Shown: in pieces, positions 1-11,270 of the stretch | Layout of the letters: every line of letters begins with the position of its first letter | Position numbering within the stretch: position 1 is the first letter of the stretch | Assembly: GCA_039621445.1 (NCBI GenBank) | Contig: CP154954.1 | Coordinates: 4,079,437 to 4,143,436 of the forward strand | Direction of reading: 5' to 3' | Source of the DNA: Euglena gracilis | Taxonomy: Eukaryota | Length of the DNA stretch: 64,000 nt | Made by a program: the position numbers and the translations under genes | The notes under the pieces: generated by a model | Database searches by the model: none | Told to the model about the DNA's origin: nothing | Seen by the model: only the letters and a program-made list of their open reading frames with translations

Positions 1-6
1 CTCGTG

Positions 7-196
7 NNNNNNNNNNNNNNNNNNNNNNNNNNNNNNNNNNNNNNNNNNNNNNNNNNNNNNNNNNNNNNNNNNNNNNNNNNNNNNNNNNNNNNNNNNNNNN
101 NNNNNNNNNNNNNNNNNNNNNNNNNNNNNNNNNNNNNNNNNNNNNNNNNNNNNNNNNNNNNNNNNNNNNNNNNNNNNNNNNNNNNNNNNNNNNNNN
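7..196. other. Assembly gap (N run)
   Basis: 190 consecutive N bases. Confidence 0.99.
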
Positions 197-1107
197 ACAG
201 CTTTAATTTCAGATCAGCTTTAGGCGTAGCTTTAGGACCCCCCCCCCCCGAGGGGGGGGGCTGGCTGAGGGCTGAATGAACAAAGGCTGCTGGGGTGGAA
301 CTGGGGAGAAAAAGTCGAAACTGCAAAAAATATACCTTAGCAGGTTGCCATGGTTCCATGATGGGTTGGAAAGGCGCGATGCCACGAAAGCTGCATTGTG
401 CCAAATATTCCGGCACCTTGTCCCATCAAGCAGTGACGGTTCACACGTCACCCACCATCGTTGGTTGACTACTTGGTAATGTGAAATGTTCTGGAATCTA
501 TAAAAAAGAAAGTCAATATTTATTGTGCAATAATATTTCATGGACCTCCCATGAAATATTATCCCCTAAGCCCCCAAAATTGGGCTTGGGGGATTGCCAA
601 GCCGAATGGACACCAAAATGAAATCTAGAGATTCCGAAATGGGCTAATTCTTTGAGCGTGAGTGTATGGAATTTGATTGCTATAAAAGCTGACAAACTGG
701 AAGGTCCGGACCCCCTGTTCATTACAGATGCGGGGGTAGGCACCTGAAAACACGCGCACAGGGAGTCAAACAAGGGGAAAAAGCAAAAAGCAGGTTTTGA
801 TCACAATCTCACCAGTGGAGTGGATGGTTCGAGTGCAGTTCAGTTGACCCACAAACAAAGCCCTCTGTTCCCACAGGCAAAGACATGGCACGGCCAAAGT
901 GGTCGCAGTGCAACGAATGAGGTAGGAAGGAAGAAAACGTTCTCTTACTGTACTCCAGCAAGCAGGGCCGAACACAAATGAACTTTGAAAACCTTGTGTC
1001 AGATCGCAGGGGTAAAGGTGCAGGACCAGTGCAGCATGATGGGACAATTTGCAATGAAAAATAAAGACCTGTAATCAAAAACCAAACACACTAACACACA
1101 AACACAT

Positions 1108-1144
<37 letters not shown>

Positions 1145-2444
1145 TTTCATTATCAGAGCCAGGATCTGTCTTGGGACCCCAGGCGGTCCGAAAACTAGCC
1201 ACAAGAAAAGCCACTGGCTGGACCCCTTTCTCCTGGGAGGTCCGGGGTCCTGGTCCTCCAGGCTCCTCCAACTGAAAAACCCACCCCAACTGCCTGCTCG
1301 CCCAGGTGAAAATGGGTATTTGGTGCGGCTTTTTTCGGCTGGTTTTGTTCCCAAAAAAAATAGCAAAAAGCATTTTTGACAGGTTTTGGGGGTCAAACAA
1401 AAATTTTCTGGTGCTTCGCGTCGGTCACTTGTAAAAAAAAAGCCTAGTCTGTCAGCGGAATACAAAACCAACATTCACTTGACCCCCCCCCAAAATCGAA
1501 ATGACTTGTTCTTGGTTCCGTTGCTGGAAACCTCCAGGAGGGTTTATTTTCGGGGGGGGTCTAATATTTGGATGTTTTCCTGAGCAATTAGAGCCCAAAA
1601 TAATCATTATTTTTCAGGTTCCTAAAGAAACGAATTTTTTGGGGGGGTTCACTTCAAAAAACCTAGAATTTTTTGAAACTTCGTCATTTTTGTGTCAAGA
1701 ATTGAGCAGGGTTCGGTAGTCCTGGGAAACTTTTCTAGTGGCTAGCAGAATGGCTGGCTAGTGGACTTTCAGGAACAGATGGAAAGCCCTTCAGTTTTGA
1801 GTTAGGTAGTGGGGGGTCCGCCCCCCTACCCCGCGGGTGACGTGGTAGCCCCCCTCCCCAGACGTTGGGAGGGTTCCTGGACCGCAACCCCCCCTCCTTG
1901 GCAGGTTTCAAAAGAAGCAAACAAAATATCCTCTGGCGCTACGCCCAAAAACAATCCCAGATAGAAATGAGGGATCGTTGGGGTAAACCCCAAAAATTTT
2001 CAGGAAAAAATTCGCCCTCCCCGACGCTTCGCACCAGGGGTCTTATTTGGGGGGTTCTCGTTTGAATTTTTGCTGAATCACCAGGAGGTGAAAAATTGAT
2101 ATCGGAGGCCTTCGGAAAAATTGCGGAAAAATTGATGTAAAATTGCGGGAATTGCGGAAAAATTGCGCAAAAAAAATTGCGGAAATTGTGTTTTTTTTGT
2201 ATTTTTACACTTCTGCTGGAGGGGGCAGTTTTTACAAATTTTGTCAAAAATTGTAAATACTGGAAATTTCGGCAAAACTGCAACAAAATAACAAAAAAAT
2301 CACCTCGGTTCCCTTGTGGAACGCTCAAGGAATTGCCGGAATTCATTGTAGAACGGAAAAAAACTGCGAAAAGTTGAGGAAAAATTGCGAAAATTGTGGA
2401 CAACGGCAAAAAAGAACATAAAAATATTGGTTATATATTGGATA

Positions 2445-2446
2445 TT

Positions 2447-2490
<44 letters not shown>

Positions 2491-3072
2491 ATATACACGT
2501 ATATATACATATATATACATATATACATTCATATATAGGGTCTTATTCATGGGGGGGGTCCATTTTATGGATTTTTGCTGGAAAAATTTTCGACCCCCTA
2601 AATGTCCAAAAATGGCACCCCAAAATACCACTTTTCGAAAAATTCGGCGCTTCGCGCCAGACAAATAGGATAAAATATGCTGAATTGTGTGAAAACAGTC
2701 CCAAAATAGCCGATTTTCCCCCCAAAAATGTACCATTTTTCAAAAATCCGGCGCTTCGCGCCGTATTTTTTCAAATCTATATAGCGAGCCGGAGGGGGGG
2801 TCTTATTCAGGGGGGTCTTATTCCATTGGGTCTTATTTTGACCGGGGGTCCATTTCATGGATTTGTTTTGGGGGGGTCTGGGGTCCAGGGGGGGGGCGGG
2901 TCCATTTTATGGGGGGGGTCTTCTTATTTTTTGGGGGGTTTATCTATGTATATGTATATGTATATGTATATATAGTATATATGTGTATATGTTATATGTT
3001 TGTATATATGTATATATATGTGTATATATGTACATATATATCTATATATATATATATATATATACATATATA
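2445..3072. repeat. Two (TA)n-rich microsatellites flanking a ~400-bp repeat with multiple GGGTCTTATT motifs
   Basis: TA/TACA/TATG runs at 2445-2537 and 2943-3072; part of the interior recurs at 37060-37222. Confidence 0.8.
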
Positions 3073-4163
3073 TATTTGACCGTTTGAGGGATATTTTTTG
3101 ACCAAATTGCCATTTCTGGCCACTTTTAGCAACTGATGTCAATTTTTTTGCCAGCTTGAACAGTGTCAAGCTTTAAACATTCAGGTCAAGGCATTTTGAG
3201 TAATAGGTTACCCTTTCTGCTCGTGATCATCACTTTCAGCATTTTATTGTGATATTTTGTTGGTTTACTATTTTTATTAGTAAAAAAAACATGTTCATGG
3301 AGCCAAAATATCCAACAAGAGCGCATTGGACTTGAATCTCTGGTCGTCTTGTCAATTCACAAATCATGCCAGTTGAAGACCTTCTGAAAACGAAGACTTG
3401 CTGAAATGGATTCACATCACCGAAGCTGCATTTTGTCAAACAGGAAAAACTGCCTTTTTTCGGCAAGAATGTGTGTGCAGAGAGTGGTCCAGTGCTCCAC
3501 TGATGTGCTTCTGGGTCTTGGATGGGCGTACAGAAAACGGTCAGCAGCAGCACAACAGGAACTAACGTGTTGTTCACACAAGATACCCGCCTGTGCTGTA
3601 GTACGGCAGCGGCGAAGTGCATTTGACTGTTTGAGAAGGCTTCCAAGGCAGCCAACCCAGCGTTGGATGCACAAAGCCAGGCGGTGGTCCACCTTATGGT
3701 TTGAGGAGCCAAGGAGTGCCCCCCCCCCCGCCTAAACTGTGGCGTGACGGATTATCGGTGTGGCACAAAAGAACGACTTCTTCTATTATCACACGTGCCC
3801 ATAGAACTTTGATATCAAACCAGCCAATAACCAGAAGCAATTTTCCCCCAGAACCTGGGCAAAAGGAAAAAAAACAGAAAGGCTTGAAAATACCCTTTAA
3901 AAAAAAGATTTTGAAAATGTCCAAGAATGATAGGATCAAAAAAAAGAACACAACTAATCAGAACATTCACTGAGTGTATCCCGTGACTTAATAAATATAA
4001 AACACATTTGACCCCTGGGATGAGGGAAGCATTCCGTGGTCCCATCCACCCTCCCCCTCAGCCTAGGAGTTGGACACATTCGGACCGTTGCCATGTTGGA
4101 GTATCGCATTCAGGAAGACCTCTGAACCGCCACAGGAGCTGAGGCTTATGAGAACAGAGATTT

Positions 4164-5538
4164 GGAAACAGGACATCGCCTGAGGACCCTACCCCCGCGC
4201 CCAGGTGGCTGGAAAATTGGGGCTGGCTGGTCAAAGGCTGCCGGGGTCGAACTGGGCAGGAAAAAAAGTCGAAACTTCAAAAAACACTTGTCCAAAAGGC
4301 CAAATATGTATAAAAAAAAATCAATTTTTGACTCAAATATTGCGCTCGCCAGGACTTTTTCCGGCCGTTTTAGCGCGTTATTTGGTCCGTTTGTGCCCCT
4401 CAAAAAAAAAGAATATTTCACCGTCCAGCCTTCCTTCTGGGGCTGCAACTTAGGCGGCCAAACTCGCACTTAGCTTTGAAAATGACTGGAAATTTCGCTG
4501 ATGCGCAATTTCCCAAAAAGGTCTGTTTTGGTACACCGAATCCTGAGGTTGAGGACAGTCCGAATTAGTTTCTAGCTGTACCCCCAGGGCTGGGGTACAA
4601 AATTAGCTTTGAAAATGACTGAAAAATTTCGCCGATGTCCCAAACAGGCCTGTTTTGGAACATCTAGGCCTGAGGTTCAGTACAATCCGAATTAATGTGT
4701 CCGTACACCCTACGTGATGTTTAATTTTTTTTGTAATTATACATGTGGCTGATCATTGCGCACTTGCACAATAACAAAAACATATTTGTCAACATGTGTT
4801 TTCATTGCGCATCCGCGTAACGGGCACATTCGTGAACACCAGAGGGGACAGAGGACAAAACTTAGGACAGGTGGAAAGAAACTCTCAGTCACATTGTCTT
4901 GAAATTGGGTCAACATTGCGCATCGGCGCTACAACCACGCTGCATTAGAATTTTAAAAATTGTATTTCTATGGTGCCAACTGTTCACAATGTGTGTGCAG
5001 AGTCCACTCTCTGGATGCCTTAGCAGTCAACCCTTCACAGACATATCGCACCTAAAAAAGCAAAAAAAGGGCCAAATTTCACCCGGCCTGTGTAGCACCG
5101 TCTGGGAACACAAACAAGGCTTCAAAAAAGAGGAACTCGCAATGGGGTTTTGGGACTTTTTTTTGGGAATATTCACGTGTCCCGGAGTTCAAATACTGGG
5201 TCTTGAACCTTATTTTAAAACGGTGAACAGGCTGAAAAACACCAAAATTGGGCCTGTTCCATGGGTCCCAACATCGGCAAATGATGCAGCTGTCACCATG
5301 GAGGGTCTCCGTGGGGCCAAAGGGTCAAAAGGATGGGTTTCACTGCCGTTTTAAAAGATTGCAAACATTGCGCTTAGGCGCAATGCAAAGATCAAAACCT
5401 GAAGTGCAAGTTAGGCCGCCTAAGTGCAAAGTAAATCAAACCCCTCGATAGGGGGGTCCGAGACTGAAAAAGGCAGCTGGCTGGTGGACCATCCCACCCG
5501 GGGATGAGGTGCCCTTAGGCTTAAGCGACGCCCTGCCT
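4164..5538 (-). other. Candidate non-conventional intron / hAT-like MITE (copy 1, enlarged by a nested element)
   Basis: TIRs caggacatcgcctgag (starts 4169) and cttaagcgacgccctg (ends 5535). On the minus strand it reads c|aggCAG...CTGtttcc|a. Flanks tttggaaa/cctggaat resemble a decayed 8-bp TSD. Confidence 0.6.
4449..5424. mobile_element. Non-autonomous TIR element, CTTAGG ends, 5-bp TSD
   Basis: Left cttaggcggccaaactcgcac and right gtgcaagttaggccgcctaag (19/21 complementary). tgcaa on both sides (4444-4448, 5425-5429); empty paralogous site at ~41715. Internal ~130-bp tandem duplication at 4471-4710. Confidence 0.85.
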
Positions 5539-7459
5539 GGAATGCGAGAGACACCTCGTCAAACAACGAGGGGAGTGAACAGAGATGGGTCATGAGCCGA
5601 TAGGCTGTTTACACCTTGCATACCTAGCGCGGGTACGGCAATACAATGGCGACCAGGGCACGGGATCTTAGCGGAGACTGAGTGACGGCTGCAAGCCTCG
5701 CATTGCTATTGAGAGATGGGCATTAGGACGAATATAAGAGCATGGGGAAACATTCGTTGCTATCTGCAATTACCCGTAATTATTCAAAATTGCAACAATG
5801 CCTGTGCCGACTGGGGACATCCACCCAGAAATGGCTCTTAACATCGCCTCAGAAATGCGTACAATAAGGAAAATATCACTGAAAATGACTAAATCAGTTA
5901 AAAGCAACTAGAAGCAGCCAGAAGCAGTAAGGCGCCTCCCCCCCAAAAGCACAAAACGCTAAACCTAGTCAAAAAAGAATCCAAATGACCACAAAATGGC
6001 TGAAAGCGGCCAGAAACAGCCAGAAATGGCCAAAATGTGGGCTAAAAATGGTAAGCGGCAAAACAGTCAGAAAAATATAAAAATGACCAAAGGCAACCAA
6101 AAGCAGTCAGAAATGCCCAAAAATGACAAAAAACCTGCTAAAGGAGGCCAAAATTGCCCAAAAAGCAGGCAAAGGCAGTCAAAAAGTGGTCAAAATACCC
6201 AGAAGCAGCAGCGAAAAATGGCCTACAATTCCAAAAATTGGCTTCAACAACCAAAAAAAAGGGCTTATCCGTAGTTGTCTGTAATCATCCGTAATTATCT
6301 CTTCGGTATGAGCACCAATCCCTGACACATGCTGCTGAATTTTTATTTTCAAAAATACGACGAAGGCAAAAAAAATTCTTTGTTCAGATATGGGTCTGTG
6401 CTTCAATTCATTCATGTCTAGGAAACAACCACTCCAAATTAAATGTGGGAGATTGACGTCATATATGAATTATACGTTACAGAATCAGAAGCCAGGCTCC
6501 TTGTCTTGTGGGCTGATACTGGCCGGTAGGTTGAAGGTCAGCTATCACGGGGGGGGTCTAATATAATTTGGGTGGGTTCGCGAAAGGGCTCCAGGCAACT
6601 GGTCCGCGGCGTGGTGTGCTCCTGCTCTACTGCACCCATCAGGTTCATTGCGCCTGTTTTAACTTAAATATATAAAAAATACTGTGGCAACCGGAGCTAT
6701 CCGTTCTTCTCAACTGTCATCTGGACTGAAAATGGACTTTGCGACAATCGCTGAGTGATGGCAACAGGGCGGGGAGACCTGTTGCGGGGAGACCTCCTTT
6801 TTCTCTCCCACCCAGCAGACATCGAGATTCTTCACGGTGATTGCCCGAACGTCAAAAAGCAACGGTGCAAAAAAAAGGTTTGGAAAATGACATGCCCCAG
6901 GTACTGGAATATTTGGTCAATTTGTGTCAGAGGATAACAACATTGAAATTATAAAAATGCAATGCAATGCATGCAACAACCAATATCTATCTGTTTCTCT
7001 GTCTGCCTCCCTTTCTTGCATATAAATCAGGTATTTTTCAGAGACCAGGGGAAGGTACCCATGCCCCCTGCCAGGCGCACCGACCCAGGGTTTCTCCCAG
7101 CAGGTCCCCACATTTCGGGGGTTAAAAAAAGTCGGTGTTTCGTGCCAAAAATAGCCGAAACCCCGCATTCCAGCAGGGGACCCCAAGAGCCTTGTGCCCC
7201 CCCCCATACCTGCAGGCCTTCCCATAATACTGGTTTTAAGGTCAGAATTTTCTCTGCGGGCTTGGATGGGTGGGTTGTCGACCACCTATCTGGTCGACCA
7301 TCCCACCTGCCCGTGCAGCCCCCCCTGGGGATCGACCACCCCACCCACCGCCCATTACCCATTGGGGTTTGGGGATTCCCGAAAGCCCCAGACCCACCTA
7401 TCCCACCCCTCCCTCTCACTCTTTCTGTCTCGGTTTATTTGTCTGCCTGTCTGTCTGGC

Positions 7460-7640
7460 TGCCCAAATAACACACTTGCAACACATCCGCCAATCTGGAG
7501 CACCAAGTTCCAGTGGAACAGGCCCAGAATCATCTGGGATAGTTGTTGATGGGAGCATGTGTGAGGGGCCTTCCAAATGCTCTTCCAAAAAGAATCGCAA
7601 TTTTCCCCACATCCCACTGACGTTGTTCTATTTTCTGGCA
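7460..7640 (-). pseudogene. Exon-like relic block (IPDDSGPVPLELGAP)
   Basis: Paralogues at 39470-39640 and 48975-49140 keep SGxVPLELxAP with synonymous Leu codon changes, but carry stops and frameshifts. Confidence 0.4.
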
Positions 7641-9694
7641 TTAAAATAATTCAAATAAATATAAATATAAAAAAGAAAGAATCAGAAACAGAATCCAGAA
7701 AGAGAATTGGGGGAGATAAGAAAGGGTGATGGACAATGGGAGTGACTGGAAAAGAGAAGCAGCACATGTGAACTTGTAGCAGGAGGGGTGACCTAAAAAA
7801 AAGGCGGCAAACATGGCCTGCACGGTGGCTATATGGCTACCGAGGCTGTGATCTGGACACGCGGTGGAGGGAAAACATGGGAATGGCCGACCAATGGAAT
7901 ATAAAGGCCAAAGCCATATTGGCCCCAACAGCCCTTTCCGACAGTGGGTGGGTGGGTGCCAAACTGACTGAAATTGATTGAAACTGATTTTGAATTGAAA
8001 TTGATTTAACCTGGAACTGAAACTGAATGAAATGCCAGGAGCACACTGTTTTCACCGACTTGGACGGCATAACTCACAAATAAACTTCTTTTGGTTGGTG
8101 TGCGCAAACACATACACGTCCGGAATTTTATTTCTTCGCAAGGAATTCCAGAACTTTGAGAAATTGGATCGAGGGGGATCATGAGTGCGAGAGATCTGAG
8201 CGAATTCTCTTTTTTTGGGGCTGTCACTCCACAACTTTGGCCGAATTTCTTTTTTTTGGCAGTTTTATTTCTGCACGACACAAAATCCCTGATATGCACG
8301 ACAGTCCCGGAACCCTCCCCCCTACACACACCCTACACCCATTGTTTCTCTCCTGCTTCTCCCTGGAATTTTTGATGAACGTTTTTGCTTTTACCTGCCT
8401 CGGGGTCTGTACACAAATGGATGGTGTGTGCAAATATGCACATGTAACGCATTTGCGCAATCCATCCCTTCGGCTGAAATTGTGGAAAACATGCTGCTTG
8501 TTCTTTCGTTTGCCTCATGAAATGTACAGCTACCTTTTTTCCTGTTTTCAGTGTAAATTGTTTAAGGTTTGTGAATGGGAACAGTGTGCAATGTGAAAAC
8601 GAAGAACAGCTGCATGCAAAAAAATATAATATAGCTCTGTTTTTACATCATTTTCATGAAAATGATTGGTGAAGGAGATAAAACATACAAAATTGCACAT
8701 AGAGCGGACACACAGGATGGTCGTAGAAAAACATTGCGAGCATTCGCACCGACAAAAGAAAATTCCTTAACAGCGATTTACGGCGCCTAAAACCGACCCT
8801 GGGTGTGTTACTTCCACTCTTCCAACAAGGACTCTGTAACTTTCTTTTTTTTAAAAAAAGAAACCACTCAGTCACCTCCCACTCCTGGGGGGTCGGATAC
8901 AAGTATCTCACTCTGGATACAAGTACTCTAACTCCAAAGAAAATTGACCATAAACGAAAAAAGCGGCAATTTTTTCTGAGTCATTTTTTGCTTACCCCCC
9001 CCCGCAAGGGCATGTGCGCTGTTTTTTCCTGGTGCTCCTGGGGGGTTATGCACTTTGCACAATGAGGTTGAAATATTGACCCAAAGCCTTTTGTATATCA
9101 CCCAAAGCCTTTTTTGATTGTCCCTTATTAAATTATACATTGCTCAGCCAATGTCTTTGGTGACAAACCCCACTGATAACACAAGGGTTTTTACTTGGCG
9201 TTCCATTCTCAGGCCGAGAGGAAGGTGCTGGGATGTGTCGTCAGCATATGGCACGGGGTCCGTTGGCGCAGTCCCTGGTATCAACATGACAAAATTTTTG
9301 CAAATTGGTTTCCAAGCAAACCTAAAAATAATACTGAAGGAATTGACTTCAAACTCCTTTTTGAGAAAAAAAAGTGGTGTACATTACGCCATAACATTTA
9401 CGACACACACTTAAAAAAAGAAATGCCCTGACGACCATGCAACTCGTTGTAGAAAGACGTTAGAAACAAAAAAAATAGCTGGCCAAACTTCTCTTGAGTG
9501 TGGGGGTCGTGGGTTGGTTGGCCACAAGAAAAACGCTTGATGAATTGCTGATTCTCTGGCTGTTTCAGAATCCGGGGATCCAGCAAGCCAAAATCAGAAA
9601 CTGCTGGTTGGGGGGATGCTGGAAGACGGCAAATACAACTTGAAAAGCAGAAAAAAATGACTGGATTGTGCTTCCAAGGCTCCTCTGAAAAGAC

Positions 9695-9845
9695 ATTGAA
9701 TAATTTTCTTGGCTTCAAACCAGGGACAGTTGAACGAATACGGGTCATGAACAAAGCAAAGGGTCGCGATTGGCAGAGGCGTGGCATGGGCACCGAGGGA
9801 ATGGGGAGACTGGCTATCAGCAGCAGGTGGCTTCGCTGTCCATCC
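9695..9845 (-). pseudogene. Exon-like relic block (FVHDPYSFNCPWF[E/D]AKKI)
   Basis: The paralogue at 53048-53208 keeps the peptide, with several third-position changes and a 9-nt in-frame indel. Confidence 0.5.
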
Positions 9846-10555
9846 TGCTGGGTGGAACGGCACCAAAATTGTAAACGGACCAACTACAACTTCTCAAAAC
9901 AAAACGAATGAATGAACAGTGTTACTGGGGTACTGGGGTACTGGGGTACTGGGGTATGCAAGGGTTTTCTAAAAGCCGGAGGGGACCCCACCCTCGGAGT
10001 CCAGCCAGCCATCCAGCAACCAACCCACCCAGGCTGACAACACCCAGACAAGAGCGGTTGGGGACGAGGGTTGGCAGGGTCTTCACCCGTAACGATGCCC
10101 CACCTGCCCGCTTGGGGCGAAACCGCAACATGGACTGACAACACACGCCCACCACACCGATCACGCTCTCGCCTTCGGGTACTGTCCGTATTTTTCGGCA
10201 ATTTTGCCTTTCTCCGCACCAAAAGGGCCTTGACTAGCCCTCCCCAAATGGTGCTGTTCCGGGGGGTGCCCCGTAGGTAGCGGAGCCATTTTTCAGTCCC
10301 GCGCTGCCTTGTTTTCTGGGGGCCATTTTTTTTTTCAGCCCCCCGACCCCCCGGTGGCGCAGAGCTCGTTTTTAACGGTCGGCACCACACATACAAGAGC
10401 GGTCGGGGACGAGGGTCGGCAGGGTCGTCACCCCTGACGATACCCCACCTGCCAGCCTGGGGCGAAACCGCAACAACAGACTGACAACACACACACCCAC
10501 ACATGGCCGGCAACCCCCAGCAACACCAATTCAGAAGAGAGGAGAGAGAGAGAGA

Positions 10556-10778
10556 TTCCCAGGGGACACTGTACGATTCGGGACATGATTGTCACAGAAA
10601 CAAACCTGGTTGTCTTGTGATGCAGTGGGGTAACCCTCGTCGGAGGGTTTTGCAGTGAAATGGGGAGGCTCCTCAAGAAGCGGGGCTATCTGTGGCATGG
10701 CATACAATTCGGCAATAGCATCTGTTTTGCACACACAATTGCACCCTGGTGACAAAACCTTACACCTGATTGAGAGCC
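10556..10778 (-). pseudogene. Exon-like relic block (CNCVCxTDAxAELYAxPQIAPLLExPPHFT...QVCFC...NRTVSPGNL)
   Basis: About 75 codons are open with no indels both here and at 53707-53936 (about 11 synonymous versus 19 replacement codons by eye). Preceded on the minus strand by poly-T + (t/c)ag, like a conventional acceptor. Confidence 0.5.
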
Positions 10779-11059
10779 TAAAAAAAAATATTCAAAAAAC
10801 AAATCTGTAGGAAAAACACTTGACAGTGTGAAAGAAAAGAAGACAAGGCTTCTCTTTACTGAAAACGTATACTGCCACAAGCAATATTGTAAATAACCAA
10901 TTGTTATGCAACAATTATTACCTCAGAAAAAAATGCATTTAAGACCTCCACCAAGCACTTTACGGTATACTCTCGGAAGCACAAAAGAAATACGGTTATT
11001 TTACATTGCCTTTCCATTTCTCAAATTCAGAATCCTTCCACCTCTTCAGCTGGACAAGA

Positions 11060-11270
11060 ATTCCAGTATCGGCAGTTGTGTGGTTTTCATGATAAGGCGA
11101 AGTCGGTGGCAATCAACAGAGCCACACGACCACCGTGGAAGAACGGGTGGTGTGGTCACCGCCGGGGTGAGCGGAGGGCTCCTGCCGAATGGACCGTGGG
11201 TCCCAACACTGCTGTCCGAGCTGGCGGGGCTGGAGGGAGTGGGGTGTGCAAGGCAAGGACAGGGTCATAC
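11060..11270 (-). pseudogene. Exon-like relic block (PTPSSPASSDSSVGTHGPFGRSPPLTP...RLRLIMKTTQLPILE)
   Basis: Gap-free high-identity match to 54210-54420 with an excess of third-position changes. A plus-strand frame shares the same third positions, so the strand is inferred from neighbouring blocks. Confidence 0.45.

Noticed and set aside
2385-3169. YI-repeat ORFs
   Set aside because: Translations of (TA)n microsatellites.
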